From Heterodontus francisci (lineage: Eukaryota): a stretch of DNA of 64,000 nucleotides. A program made the position numbers and the translations under genes. Below, in pieces: positions 51,401 through 63,945 of the stretch; within the stretch, counting starts at the first letter, position 1; each line of letters starts with the position of its first letter. The notes under the pieces are model-generated. The model was not told the DNA's origin, did no database searches, and saw only the letters and a program-made list of their open reading frames with translations. Where the stretch lies: NCBI RefSeq assembly GCF_036365525.1, contig NC_090373.1, forward strand, positions 40,835,590 to 40,899,589, read 5' to 3'.

Positions 51401-53109
51401 AAGGAGTTTCTGATGGCGAAGCCCACTCCATGCTGTCTTGGTTCTTCAGGATCCCTGCCCTGCCAGAAGAAGGTGTAGTCTTGCTCTGCTAGAGAGCCAC
51501 TCGCGGGGAGGCGAGTCTCCTGAAGTGCTGCAATGTCCACATTGAGTCTACTGAGCTCGTTGTTAATGATGGCGGTCTTCCGAGAATCGTTGATTTGTGT
51601 AAGGTCTTCCGACAGGCCAGGACACATAGTTCTGACGTTCCAGCTTGCAAAGCGAAGGGCTGGTACCTTCTTTCCTTTTTTCATGTTGTTTGGTGCGGTG
51701 TATCAGTCCACCTTTCGGGCAATGACCCTGAGCTCCAAGCACCCATTGAAGCAGGCAGACTGTGGCGGGACAGAACCTTATTGACCGGGGGCTGCCCGGT
51801 TTGAGGCGGGCGGTAGCTGTCCAGTGAGGTGCAATGACCTCTCCCACCGACAAAGGCAACCCGTGGCGCCCAGTTTCTACGCCAATTTATCTGGACTTAT
51901 AACCCGTAACTGCTGCCTTCCGTGTTGTTTCAGTCGCTGTGAGGCAACTATGGAGTGACCTCTCCATGGCGCATGCCTGGGCAAATTTATGGAGGTTGAG
52001 AGTTGCCCAGTCGTCAAAACCCCCCTCTCGGCCTTTCTGGTGGGGTCCAAAGGAGTGCAGGACACGACGTTTGGCACCAGTATGGCTGCAGGAACTGCCG
52101 GAAACATGCCAAAGGTGACACATGACCGCCTACGGGGTTCCGCTCCGGATTTTCTGTTAGGGTTTACTCCCTTAGCCTTGGTCTCTCCCGAGACGCCCAC
52201 AAGGCAGTGGGGTTGTTGGGGCCCCTACACAGGTGTAGGATGGTGCCGGTGGGAGGAGGGGATGCAAGGGGGAGGGGTAGAGGGAGGGGGTGGGGGGGGG
52301 GTGCAGGGGAAGGGGGTGCGGGGTGAAGATGGTGCGAGGGGGGGGCGGGCTGGGACGGGGTTGTGAGGGGGTGAGCTGAGAGGGTGGAGCAGGGAAGGGG
52401 ACGGGGGTGGGGGGGGTGGAAGGGGGGGGGGGAGGGGGGGTGGAATCTGGTGCAGGTAATAAGCCATTTCCTCAGTGCCCACCATCGACGTCCGGAAAGC
52501 TCATCCACGTCCTTCGGGAGGTGAAGCATCATTTGGCAGACTTAGAGGTGATTACATTTGTTAAGGGTTTTTTTTTTTTGCAGTGGTTTAAATAAAGGCA
52601 TGCAGCATTGCCGACAGTGCGCTGCAGATGCTCTCCGAGCCATCTCCCGCGGGCGCTTTGAAGTTGCGGCCGTGGGGGCCGTTCGTGGATGTTTTGGGTG
52701 TTCGGGGCACCTTTTCACAGGACTTCTCTCGGGTCCCGCAGCTCCTTCTTCACCTCAATGGACTTACCGCATGCCGTGGCTGCAGACACTCTGGACTGTG
52801 AAGACAGCAGGATCGGAGATTAAAGTATCGGCAGCTGTTCTCGTCAGTTTCATCCGGATCAATTTCATTGAGAAAACAAAGAGCAGGTGTGGCTGGGGGA
52901 GGGCAGTGGGCCCAGGTAACATACACTAAACTAACTGTTAACTTTTAGATAGGGCTAAAATGAACTGATTTAAAGAGCCAGGGGAATTTAAACAGTTTAA
53001 GAGGGCAGATTGGGGGAGAAAACGTTAGGGATGGGAGCAGATGGCCATGGATAGAGTTGAACAGCAAGGGAGCTTCCAGCCCAGGAGCCATCTTGAAAGC
53101 TATTATCAT
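48442..53109 (-). mobile_element. Full-length RTE-clade LINE (BovB/Expander-like)
   Basis: Perfect 10-bp TSD ATGCTGCACT (48432-48441, 53110-53119), a single long ORF, very short 3' UTR ending AAAAGA, and a ~1.4-kb 5' region. Confidence 0.9.
48493..51684 (-). CDS. RTE ORF: APE endonuclease, reverse transcriptase and C-terminal C2H2-like finger (1063 aa, intact)
   Basis: SWNVRTM, ALQETR, LGDFNARVG, TDHSLV, NYRGISLLS, FIDLTKAFD, GVKQGCVLAP, LLFADD, RRLRWLGHV, CSTC..HSRRC. No stops or frameshifts. Confidence 0.96.
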   Translation of the reverse strand: MKKGKKVPALRFASWNVRTMCPGLSEDLTQINDSRKTAIINNELSRLNVDIAALQETRLPASGSLAEQDYTFFWQGRDPEEPRQHGVGFAIRNSLLSMIEPPSNGSERILSIRLLTTSGPVHLLSIYAPTLCSAPEAKDQFYEQLHNIISSIPNTEHLFLLGDFNARVGADHDSWPSCLGRYGVGRMNENGQRLLELCTYHNLCITNSFFHTKPCHQVSWRHPRSRRWHQLDLIVTRQAALNSVQITRSFHSADCDTDHSLVCSKVRLRPKKLHHSKQKGHPRINTSRISHPQLLQKFLNSLVTALQNTPTGDAETKWAHIRDAIYESALTTYGKSAKRNADWFQSHNEELEPVIAAKRIALLNYKKAPSDLTSAALKAARSTAQRTARRCANDYWQHLCSHIQLASDTGNIRGMYDGMKRALGPTIKKITPLKSKSGDIITDQRKQMDRWVEHYLELYSRENAVTETALNAAQPLPVMDELDIQPTKSELSDAIDSLASGKAPGKDSITPEIIKSAKPAILSALHELLCLCWDEGAVPQDMRDANIITLYKNKGDRGDCNNYRGISLLSIVGKVFARVALNRLQKLAERVYPEAQCGFRAERSTIDMLFSLRQIQEKCREQQMPLYIAFIDLTKAFDLVSRRGLFRLLEKIGCPPKLLSIITSFHDNMKGTIQHGGSSSEPFPILSGVKQGCVLAPTLFGIFFSLLLSHAFKSSEEGIFLHTRSGGRLFNLARLRAKSKVRKVLIRELLFADDAALTSHTEECLQSLIDRFASACNEFGLTISLKKTNIMGQDVRNAPSINIGDHALEVVQEFTYLGSTITSNLSLDAEINKRMGKASTAMFRLAKRVWENGALTRNTKVRVYQACVLSTLFYGSEAWTTYASQERRLNSFHLRCLRRILGIRWQDYISNTEVLEAANIPSLYTLLSQRRLRWLGHVSRMEDGRIPKDTLYSELATGIRPTGRPCLRYKDVCKRDMKSCDIDHKSWESVASIRQSWRAAIKTGLNCGESKRLSSWQEKRQRRKGRANCATAPTNKFLCSTCGRACHSRIGLYSHSRRCFTNH

Positions 53110-55164
53110 ATGCTGCACTGGAGGAGATGTAAAGTAGGAGAGATATCCTGTATCAACAGGGGCCCAGGAGGCCCTGCAGACACACCGTCAAAGGCATTGG
53201 GAGAAGATAGCTGTGGCGATCAATGCCAGGATTCAAGCCCCAAGGATCTGCTTACAATGCCACAAGAAGTTCAGTGACCTCACACGAATGGTCAAGATCA
53301 GTGAATGTATCTTCAAATGTCATATTCCACCAACTGCAGCACCAGTCCCAGACAGTGCACAATTCACTGCACTTTCATCACTCACCTGCCAACAATCTGT
53401 ATCAATCAGGAGTCATTCCTAATGTTCATATGCTTCACCTCACCCTCACACACTTAGCACTGCTGCAAGTTTCAAATCCACTGTTACAGGTTGCACACAT
53501 TGCCAGCTATTCAACCATGACAGCCGAAGCACCCAAACAGATTTTATCACACTCACTGACACACCTCCCTCTCTCTCATGTAGGAAAAGCTGGCACACAA
53601 CTGAAGCCAGCAGGAACTAACTGGAAGGGGACAGGTGTGTCTGCATGTCTTAATATACATGGAGGAGATGGTGTTGGCTATTATTGGGATGGCCATCATT
53701 GAGACGATCATTGCTGTGGCCGTGGCCAGCATCGGGACTGAATTCATTGAAGATGATAGTATCTCCATATCTAATGCTCCTTCTCACATTCCACTTTCCC
53801 CTCAACCACATCCTCTTCTGATTTATAAGTCACAGATGGTGGAGCACGCACCTATTAGTTTTGTCCCCATTTCCCTCACAACAACCTTACCTTTGTGCCT
53901 TTTGCCTTTCAGATACCCAAGAGATCCAACATGGTCAGACAGTGGAGGAACACCAAGAAGAGGGTGATGATGAAGACACAGCATCTGATATCATACTCAC
54001 AGCAACCAACTCAGACACAGACACTATATGCTAGGTCACAGGGCATGATTTGTTGCTTATGATCACACAACAGCTGGACATCAAGAGAGTCGAATGCCTT
54101 TGGGCTTCGACATAGAGCAGAGTTCACTTGCAGTACTTGCAAAGTGATGAGCATGCCATCATTAGTGCCCTGCACCATGGGGAAGCCTGCCATGCTACAG
54201 AAGCCATGTGCTCACTCGGCTTGCTTATTTCCGGCAAGAGGGAATGAAATGTAGCTAGCTCTCTTTGAATAGAGAGCCTCAGTGACCTCCTTAAGGCAAC
54301 AGTGGAGACAAACTGCAAGATGTTGCTAATAGCTCCAGCTCCAGTGTAGAAGGCTTCATGGCCGTGGTCATCTTCACATCCACCAGCAATGCAGTCCTTG
54401 CCCAGCTCTGAGTTTGCAGTTGTGGCTACAGCAGGTGGCAGATTTCAGTGAAGATGTCCTTTCTGAACCATATTATTCCTTGCTGAGGTTTAGGCAGGAG
54501 AATTGCTCCCTGAACACCCTCAGCAGGTATGGCCTCTGTCTAAGTGCCCTTCTCCCCCTCCTTCCTCTTCCGGCAGCTTGTCCTGCTCTGCATGACCTTT
54601 GTTCATTCTCCAAATGTGCTGTATTGCAAGAAGAATGCCTACAAGTGCATCCATATCTGGGAGCAAATGGCTTGTGCAGAAGCATTGAAGTCAGTAAAAA
54701 ATCATTCAGCACCTGCTACATCATTCCCTATAGAGTTTTGTTACTTGAAACAACCCATAGAAAGCACCAAACAATTGTAGAATTGATGCAACAGCCAGAA
54801 GGAATAAACCAGCAACTAACTTGCAAGTAATTGATGATTTCTTTAAATAGCACTAGTGGGTGGGAGGGGTGGGTCTTTCCTTCTGTTGAATGCATATTCA
54901 GCAGTGAAGAGAGGGCATTGGTTGGAGCGTTGAGCTACAAATAGCACTGCTGGTGCCAAATCAGCATTGCACGCTAATTGACATCATGATATGCCTGCTC
55001 TGCCTACTTCCGGCAGATGTTTCCTGTGTGCACATTAATGCCTGCATCAATATACAGTCTGGCACGATTTGTCCCACAAGTGTACATGTGCACACCCAAC
55101 ACAATTTTGGAGCTCTAAGGGTACTTGTATCATCTACTAAAAAAGTGCTAATAGACCAATTTCT

Positions 55165-57470
55165 GTAAGTTCGCAGGTGACTCGAAAACTGGTGGTGTCG
55201 TAAATTGTGAGGAGGAAAACCTTAGATTACAGGACAATATAGATGGGCTGGTAAGATGGGCGGAGCAGTGGCAAATGGATTTTAATCCTGAGAAGTGTGA
55301 GGTGATGCATTTTGGAAGGACTAACAAGGCAAAGGAATATATAATGGATGGTAGGACCCTAGGAAGTACAGAGGGTCAGAGGGACCTTGGTGTACTTGAC
55401 CAAAGATCACTGAAGGAAGCAGCACAGGTAGATAAGGTGGTTAGGAAGGCATATGGGATACTTGCCTTTATTAGCCAAGGCATAGAATATAAGAACAGGG
55501 AGGTTACGATGGAGCTGTATAAAATGCTAGTTATGCCACAGCCAGAGTACTGTGTACAGTTCTGGTCACCACACTATAGGAATGATGTGATTGCACTGGA
55601 GAGGGTGCAGAACAGATTCACCAAGATGTTGCCTGGGCTGGAGCATTTCAGCTATGAAGAGAGACTGGATAGGCTGGGGTTGTCTTCCTTAGAGCAGAGA
55701 AGGCTGACGGGGGACCTGATTGAGGTACACAAAATTATGAGGGGCATAGATAGGGTAGATAGGAAGAAACTTTTTCCCTTAGGGGCATAGATTTAAGGTA
55801 AGGGGCAGGAGGTTTAGAGCCGATTTGAGGGAAAAAAAATTCATCCAGAGGGTGGTTGGAATCTGGAACACACTGCCTGAAGAGGTGGTAGAGGCAGGAA
55901 TTATAGACCGGTTAGCTTAACCTCTGTAGTGGGGAAGATGCTTGAGTCTATTATGAAGGAAGAAATAGCAGAGCATCTCGATAGAAATTATCCCGTTGGG
56001 CAGACGCAGCATGGGTTCAAGAAGGGCAGGTCATGCTTGACAAATCGTTTGGAATTCTATGATGACATTACGAGCAAGGTGGACAATGGGGACCCAGTGG
56101 ATGTGGTGTACCTAGATTTCCAAAAGGCCTTCGACAAGGTGCCGCACAAGAGGCTGCTGCATAAGATAAGGATGCATGGCGTTAGGGGTAAAGTATTAGC
56201 ATGGATAGAGGATTGGTTGACTAACAGGAAGCAGAGAGTGGGGATAAATGAGTGCTATTCTGGTTGGAAATCAGTCACTAGTGGTGTGCCTCAGGGATCG
56301 GTGTTGGGACCGCAATTATTTACAATTTATATAGATGATTTGGAGTTGGGGACCACGTGTAGGTTGTCAAAGTTTGCAGATGACACTAAGATGAGTGGCA
56401 GAGCAAAGTGTGCAGATGACTGAAACTTTGCAGAGGAACATAGATACATTGAGTGAGTGGGCAAACGTCTGGCAGATGGAATACAATGTTAATAAATGTG
56501 AAGTCATTCATTTCGGTAGGAGTAACAGTAAAAAGGATTATTACTTGAATGGTAAAAAGTTGCAGCATGCTGTTATGCAGAGGGACCTGGGTGTCCTTGT
56601 GCATGAATCGCAGAAGGTTGGTCTGCAGGTACAGCAAGTAATTAGGAAGGCAAATGGAATTTTGTCCTTCATTGCTAAAGGGATTGAGTTTAAAAGCAGA
56701 GAGGTTATGTTGCAGCTGTATAAGGTACTGGTGAGGCCACACCTGGAGTACTGTGTGCAGTTTTGGTCTCCTTACTTGGAAGGGATATACTGGCACTGGA
56801 GAGGGTGCAGAGGAGGTTCACTGGGTTGATTCCAGAGTTGAGGGGGTTGGTTTATGAGGAGAGACTGAGTAGATTGGGATTATATTCATTGGAATTCAGA
56901 AGAATGAGGGGGAATCTTATAGAAACATATAAAATTATGAAGGGAATAGATAAGATACAAGTAGAGAGGATGTTTCCACTGGCAGGTGAAGCTAGGACAA
57001 GAGGGCATAGCCTCAAGATTAGAGGGAGCAGATTTAGGACTGAATTAAGAAGGAACATCTTCACCCAGAAGGTTGTTAATCTATGGAATTCCTCGCCCAG
57101 TGAAGTAGTTGACGCTTCTTCAGTAAACATTTTTAAAGCTAAGGTAGATATCTTTTTGAACAATAAAGGAATTAAGGGATACGGTGAGAGCGCGGGTAAG
57201 TGGATCTGAGTCCACGAAAAGATCAGCCATGATCTTATTGAATGGTGGAGCAGGCTCGAGGGGCCGGACGGCCTACTCCTGCTCCTAGTTCTTATGATCT
57301 TATGAACCCTCATAACAATTAAGAAGTATTTAGATGAGCACTTGAAACGCCATAGCATACAAGGATACGGGCCAAGTGCTGGAAAATGGGATTGATGGTC
57401 GGCACGAACACGATGGGCTGAAGGGCCTGTTTCTGTGCTGCATAACTCTATGACTCTATAACTCTATGAC
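55165..57470 (+). mobile_element. CR1 3' portion with a second CR1 nested at ~55899-57305
   Basis: The outer element's VEAG|TLITIKKYLDEH frame resumes after 57305 and ends in (ACTCTATG)n. The inner copy has RT (FADDTK) and its own TTCTTATG tail. Confidence 0.88.
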
Positions 57471-57829
57471 TCACATAGTCTTGAAGGCAGAGAAAGAGAA
57501 ATTTAAGGAGGAGCATGATACCGTCAGGGTCCAGAATGTACAAGCTGCTAATTCCTTCCTGGCAGCCTCAAGGCTATGTAAAGAACATGTGATGAGGAGG
57601 AGGAGTTGGACGATAAAGTACATGGCTTAGAAGGTGAGGTGGACAGACTAAGGAGTGAAAAGGTACTGGGAAAAGTGTGCTAACAGAAACAGAAAAACAC
57701 TAGCCTTGGGTTTGAAAAAGAAACCAGTGAGATGGTTGTTCGAATATGTGGCTCACTTCTCTATGTCGAGATGAGAGGCCAAAGTGGATGATCTAATGAA
57801 AGGGGAAGAACAGTATGTGTGTTGTTCAC

Positions 57830-58721
57830 TGTCACACACACCGGAATTGTAACGATGCAAATTATTGACTAACTCTAAAGAGTTATGATAAACTGACTAT
57901 TTTTAAAAAATGAACCTTTATTTAAAAAGTGAACAATCTTCCAAAATGCCACCGAAGGAGAGGAACCTTTGTCTATTCAAACAGTCTGACAAAGACAAAG
58001 GACAAATCTTCAAAGCTGAGAGGTGTCAATTGCACCCCATCCTAAAACATTCAAGAATCAAATTTATTTTTCTGAAACAAAGATGTGTAGTAGCAGTGTC
58101 CTGGGTCATTGTCTGATCACTATGGGGAAGAGATGAGAACATCTTCTACCAGGAGGTGAGAGGTAACATAGCTTTACCTTAAAAAAAGACAGCCTAAATA
58201 GAGAGAGAGAGAGAAGCAACATCTAGCAGCTTGTTTTCCAACACGCGAGAAGGCATGTGCTCTGCTGTAGAATCTTACATCTACATTGGACAGCAGTGAA
58301 CTAGAAGCGTCCCACAGTCTTCAACTGAACTATCAATCAAAAGAGAAATCTACAATTATCTGCACCCATCAAGAACTTGATTTCCAAGAGAATTCAATAG
58401 GTTTATCATGACATGCCCCCACCCCCGCACTAAAATTTACATTCTTTTTTCTCCCTCTCTATCTGTCTCTTCTTGTGTGTGTGTGTGTCTGTGTGTGTGA
58501 GCGAATGTATGAGTGGATGCGGTTGTGACAGTTTCTGGATAAGGCGTATTGATCAATAAACAATTGATCTTCTATTTTTTTAAACTTACGAGCAAACCTG
58601 TCACTGTCTGCTTATTTGAAAAATAAAACACCAAAGGGGGTTAAACTCGAATAACAAAACACTTGCTGCGGTCAGGTGGGGAGTTGAACAGTAGGAACCA
58701 TCGCATCACATGCCCATAACA
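57830..58721 (+). mobile_element. Probable solo LTR (distinct family)
   Basis: TGTCAC...CATAACA termini, AATAAA near 58555, and architecture similar to family A LTRs. No clean TSD. Confidence 0.55.
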
Positions 58722-58999
58722 GCATGAATTTGTTAAAGGAAACCAAGGGTGGAAACTGATGCAGGAACAGTTAGAGATGAAAGCAGTGGAAGTAGCTTGC
58801 TCAGAAGCACTTAAAGCATCGGTGGATGGGCCATCTCAAAACTGATAAGTGTTCAGTGAAAAGCTAAAATGTGACACTTATAAGCATGGGCTGAGGGGTG
58901 CAGAATTGGAGTTGGAATGGTGAAACCAGCAGTGAGATGCAGCAAGGGGTATCAAGATTAACACAATTCTTTTGTAATTATATTGGGAGACAAAGGTTG

Positions 59000-60165
59000 T
59001 TAAGGGTAATGTGGGCCTTATAAAAAAGAAATGTGGGTAATACTGAAAATGAAAATAAGGAAATGGCAGATTTGTTGAATAATTAGTGTGTGTAATTTTC
59101 ACAACAGAATTTCCAGGGAAATTAATAACATATCAAGGACTGGAACTCACTAAAGTTAATGTAAGCGAATGGCACTAAAGACTGACAAATCTCAAGACTT
59201 GATGGTTTCCACCCTCGGGTTTTAAAGGAAGTAGGGGAGGGCGTTGTACTTCCTATCGTCAAAATCTTCCAAAGCTCTATCGATTCAGGAATTGTCCTTT
59301 GAGATCAGAAAATTGCAAATGTAACACCATTGTTTCAGGAAATTCAGACAGAGAAACCAAGAAATTACATATCAGTTGTGGGGAAGTTATTGAAATCTGT
59401 AACTAAGGACAGAATGACTGAGCACTGAGAGAAATTTGAGCTGATTAGAGAGGGTCAATATGGATTTGTAAAGGGTTGTCTAATGCACCTAATTGAATTT
59501 TTTCAAGAAGTAACTAAAGTAGCAGACAGGGGAATGTCTGTGGATGTAGGTTACATGGATTTCCAGAAAGCATTGAAAATGGTTTCACATAAGTTAAGCA
59601 AAATTGAAGCTCACAGAATTGCAGGAAAATTATTGACCTAGTTGGGAGATTGGTTAGACAGTAGAAGACAGGGATTAGGAAGAATGGTAATGTACTCGAA
59701 TTGGAAGTGACTAGTAGTGTCCCACAAGGATCTGGGTTGGGGCCTCAACTATGCATTTTATTTATATTTAGAAGGTTAAAAGGTGATTTGATTGAGGATT
59801 TTAGGATTTTGAAAGGAATTGTTTGGACAGATAGAGAGAAACATTTTCTGCTGGTGGGGAAGTTTATGACAAAGGGGCATAATCTTAAAATCGGAGCCAG
59901 ATAATTCAAGAGAGAAGTTAGGAAACACTTCTTCACACAAAAAGTGGTAAAAGTGTGGAAATCTCTCCCACAAAAAGCAGCAGACATTAGCTCAATTAAT
60001 AATTTTAAATCTGAGTTCGCCAGATTTTTGCAAAACAATGGTACAAAAGGATGTGAAGCCAAGGCAGTAGATGGAGTTAAGTTACAGATCAGCCATGATG
60101 TCACTGAATGGTAGAACAGATTCGAGGGGCTGAATGGCCTACTTCTATTCCTATGTTCCCATGTT
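59000..60165 (+). mobile_element. Degraded CR1 with an internal deletion
   Basis: VGYMDFQKA and VTSSVPQGSGLGPQL joined directly to RRLKGDLIE, followed by a 3' UTR. Confidence 0.85.
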
Positions 60166-61695
60166 ATAAAGATTCAAGAGGATGAACTGAGAAAAGAACT
60201 GGGACTCACAACTGGATCTCCAGTGTTACCTCCACCATTTACTCTGTGCTATTACACCCCTCCTACATGCCAACAGAGAAGATTTTTAAGAATTGTGCAG
60301 AATGTAACAGGCTTGGGCGAGGACACAATCTGTGAGCTTGAGAGTTTGAATGGGATTAAGTAGCAAACATCAGAAATTGAAAATTGGCTTAAGTGAAAAA
60401 GGTTGAATTAGTTTATGATTGAATAAAGAAGGAAAAAGGGGAAGAACCTGTCTCTTTTCTACTGCTCAACAGAAGTTCTTTTGTTTTCAGTGTTCTGTCT
60501 CTTTAAACAGCCTGTGCAACCTTTTCTGTCCCTTTAAAAAAAACCTGTGAGAATGTTTCTTACTCTTTAAACACTTGTACGAATGTTTCTATGTCACTGG
60601 CTGTGGTTCTGCCTCTTTTTTCAAGACTTGAAATGTTACAAAGATTTTGTTCAGCTGTGCGGACTAACATTTTCTCCAGTTATTTTTATTTTTTTTACAG
60701 TTATTTTGAAAGGTACCTGAAAAAGGAAAAAAAGAAAGATAATGTAGTTTGCTAGGTTTTCATAAACACATGCTATTTTGATACTTTTATCCATTCCGTA
60801 CTGTGCTATATTTAAGATGCTGCTGTATTAAATTGGTGGTATTGAGGTTAACTAACCTATGAATTGTGAAAACCAGACTTTTATTGTGGTCACAATGAAA
60901 TGTTGATGACTGTAAATTGTGTGACAGTCTCTAATTTCAGACATAAGAATTTTCATTTTTGAATTTCTCTCTCATTCCAAGGACTCAATGGTTTGAGGTG
61001 ATTCTGATTGGTTAGTCACCTTGGTGGTACTAGAAAATGATAGCAATGAGCAAACTAGCAACACCCTTTGATCTTGTGATTGACTATGGAAATAAAAGGG
61101 AATGATTAAAAGATATCCTGCTGTCTCGAAATCAATTATCTGGAGACATCTTGCAGTTGGATCCTACGACAGAACTGTTTCACTGAATATTTAGAGTTTA
61201 AAGCAGTGTTGTTAATGATTTCTACCATTTTTAACAGGTTTTCCATTCTGAGGAATGGAGAAAAAACAGATAACATTTTGTGCCTTCATGTTTTGAAAAG
61301 TGGAGTAAACGAGAAGCTGAAATTTATTTCTGAATTTAATTGTATTCAAATCTTTGTGCAAGTTTTACACATGCATGGACTTTGAAAAAGTTTAATAGTT
61401 TCGTGTAGCAATCTTTTTGAAGTTTCCTTGAGAGCTGCGAGAAGTTGTGTGATGCATGTGACAGTTAATGATGATGTCTGGTTCTGCCTTCTTCTCAAAT
61501 GCAAAGAATTTAACTCTTACCACAAGCAGCTTTTTTTTATGCTTTTCAGTACCAATCTTCAATCTTCACTAAGCAACAAATTTTGCATTGCTGAGCGTAA
61601 ACATATATCTGGTATTATACAACTTTTTTTTAAATTTGAGGGGATGCTCCCCCACGTTGACTGAGAGGATCAGGAATGGACTGAAGCATTCAGTC

Positions 61696-62050
61696 GGGCG
61701 GCACAGTGGCACAGTGGTTAGCACCGCAGCCTCACAGCTCCAGGGACCCGGGTTCGATTCTGGGTACTGCCTGTGCAGAGTTTGCAAGTTCTCCCTGTGT
61801 CTGCGTGGGTTTCCTCCGGGTGCTCCGGTTTCCTCCCACATGCCAAAGACTTGCAGGTTGATAGGTTAATTGGCCATTATAAATTGCCCCTAGTATAGGT
61901 AGGTGGTAGGGAAAAAGATAGGGACAGGTGAGGATGTGGTAGGAATATGGGATTAGTGTAGGATTAGTATAAATGGGTGGTTGATGGTCGGCACAGACTC
62001 GGTGGGCCGAAGGGCCTGTTTTAGTGCTGTATCTCTAAACTAAAACTAAA
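61696..62050 (+). mobile_element. tRNA-derived SINE (HE1/V-SINE-like)
   Basis: GGCACAGTGGTTAGC A-box, GGTTCGATTC B-box, CR1-like 3' end and (CTAAA)n tail. Confidence 0.9.
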
Positions 62051-62694
62051 TCTCTGGGATTAGACTAGTTTGCATGTTGTGCAATTAATCCCTTGGGCTC
62101 TCATGAAGACTCACAATGGATTTTCTGTTTTTTTTCCCATTTAAGCAGGAACCATTTTTAGGATTGTACGAGTGCTGATGGTGCAGGATTGCCAAGAGTG
62201 ATTCTTTGGCATGTGCAAAAGTAGTTTCACAGAGTTATGAAGAAACCTTTGCTGGAAAAGTATTGCTGCAGTAAGTACTCGAATTGTGTTCAGAATTTAG
62301 GTTATCGCCTGCAAACATTGGTGGATCTTAGATGTCATAACGTGGTGAAATTTGGACTTAGACTTTGCATCTCAAAGACTCGGTTTCAACAGACTTAGAG
62401 TCATTTGTTATCTTTCAATGCTTGATTGATTGAGGATTGGTTGGGGGTGAGGTGGGCGGGGTAGATATTAGACTTACTTTGGTCTCCTCTGACAAACTAC
62501 CAAGCCTGGGCATAATTTATTTGTGAAATTTAAAATGATTCAATAAATCAATACCAGCACTCAAGAGGGGAATCTTCGCTGAAGTTAAAGGGAATAATAA
62601 CATTTTATTTTTTTAAAATAAGTCCTCTCATAGTGTCAAGGAAGAATGTCTCTTTGGGGGAAATGAAACTGAAATTTGACAAGTCTTGTCAGTC

Positions 62695-63945
62695 CAACAA
62701 TCAAGTTTGACTAATTTATTAGAGTTCTTTGAGGAAGTTACAAGCAACATGGATAAAGGGGAACCAGTGGATGTGGTGTACTTAGATTTCCAGAAGGCAT
62801 TTGACAAGGTGCCACATCACAGATTACTAAACAAAATAAGAGCTCATGGTATAGGGGGTATGGATAGAGGATTGGTTAGCTAACAGGAAACAGAGAACAG
62901 GCATAAATGGTCATTTTCAAGCTGTAACTAGTGGAGTGCCACAGGGATCAGTGCTGGGACCTCAACTATTTACAATCTATGCCAATGATTTGGATGAAGG
63001 GATAGAATGTATATTTTCTAAATTTTCTGATGACACATAGGTAGGAGAATAAGTTGTGAGGAGCACATAAGGAGTCTACAAACGGATACAGATAGGTTAA
63101 ATGAGTGGACAAAGATTCGGCAGATGGAGTATACTGTGGAAAGTGTGAACTTATCCACTTTGGCCAGAAAAATAGAAAAGTAGCATATTATTTAAATGGA
63201 GAGAGATTGCAGAACTCTGAGATGCAGAGGGATCTGGATGCCCTAGTACATGAAACACAAAAAGTTAGTATGCAGGTACAGCAAGTGATTAAGAAGGCAA
63301 ATGCAATGTTGTTTATTGTAGGGGGGAATGGAATATAAAAGTAGAGATGTTTTGCTACAGTTGTACAGGGCATTGGTGAGACCACATCTGGAGTATTGTG
63401 TACAGTTTTGGTCTCCTACTTCAGAAAGGATATAATTGCATTGGAAACAATTCAGAGAAGGTTCACTCAATTGATTCCTGGGATGAGGGTGTTATCTTAT
63501 GAGGAAAGGTTGGCGAAGTTGGGTCTGTATTCATTGGAATATGGAAGGATGAGAGGTGATCTTATTGAAACATATAAAATCCTGAGGGGACTTGACAGGG
63601 GGTTGAAAGGATGCTTCCCCTTGTGGGAGAGACTAAAATTCAGGGGTACAGTTTATAAATAAGGGGTCTCCCATTTAAGACAGAGATGAGGAATAAAAAA
63701 TTCTCTCAGAGGGTCATAAGTCTGTGGAACTTTCTTCTCCGGAAAGCAGTGGCGGCAGGGACATTGAATGTTTTTAAGGCAGAGGTAGACAGATTCTTGA
63801 CAAACAAGGGAGTCAAAGGATATCTGAGTCAGGCAGGAAAGTGAAGTTGAGTCCACAAACATATCAGCCATGACCTTATAGAATGGTGGAGCAGGCTCGA
63901 GGGACTGAACAGCCTACTCCTGCTCCTAGTTCGTATGTTTGTATG
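62695..63945 (+). mobile_element. 5'-truncated CR1
   Basis: [23 protein letters not shown] and [10 protein letters not shown] motifs; 3' UTR with (TATGTT)-like tail. Confidence 0.9.

Larger units (their letters stand above)
48069..55115. mobile_element. Harbinger-type DNA transposon remnant (Myb/SANT gene on +, transposase on -), split by the RTE
   Basis: QCHKKFSDLTRMVK (Myb-like) near 53255 on +. RPYLLRVFREQFSCLNLSKE (HARBI1-like N-terminus) at 54473-54712 on -. Imperfect termini GGGGCTAAATTG / CAATTTTGGAGCTC. Confidence 0.7.
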
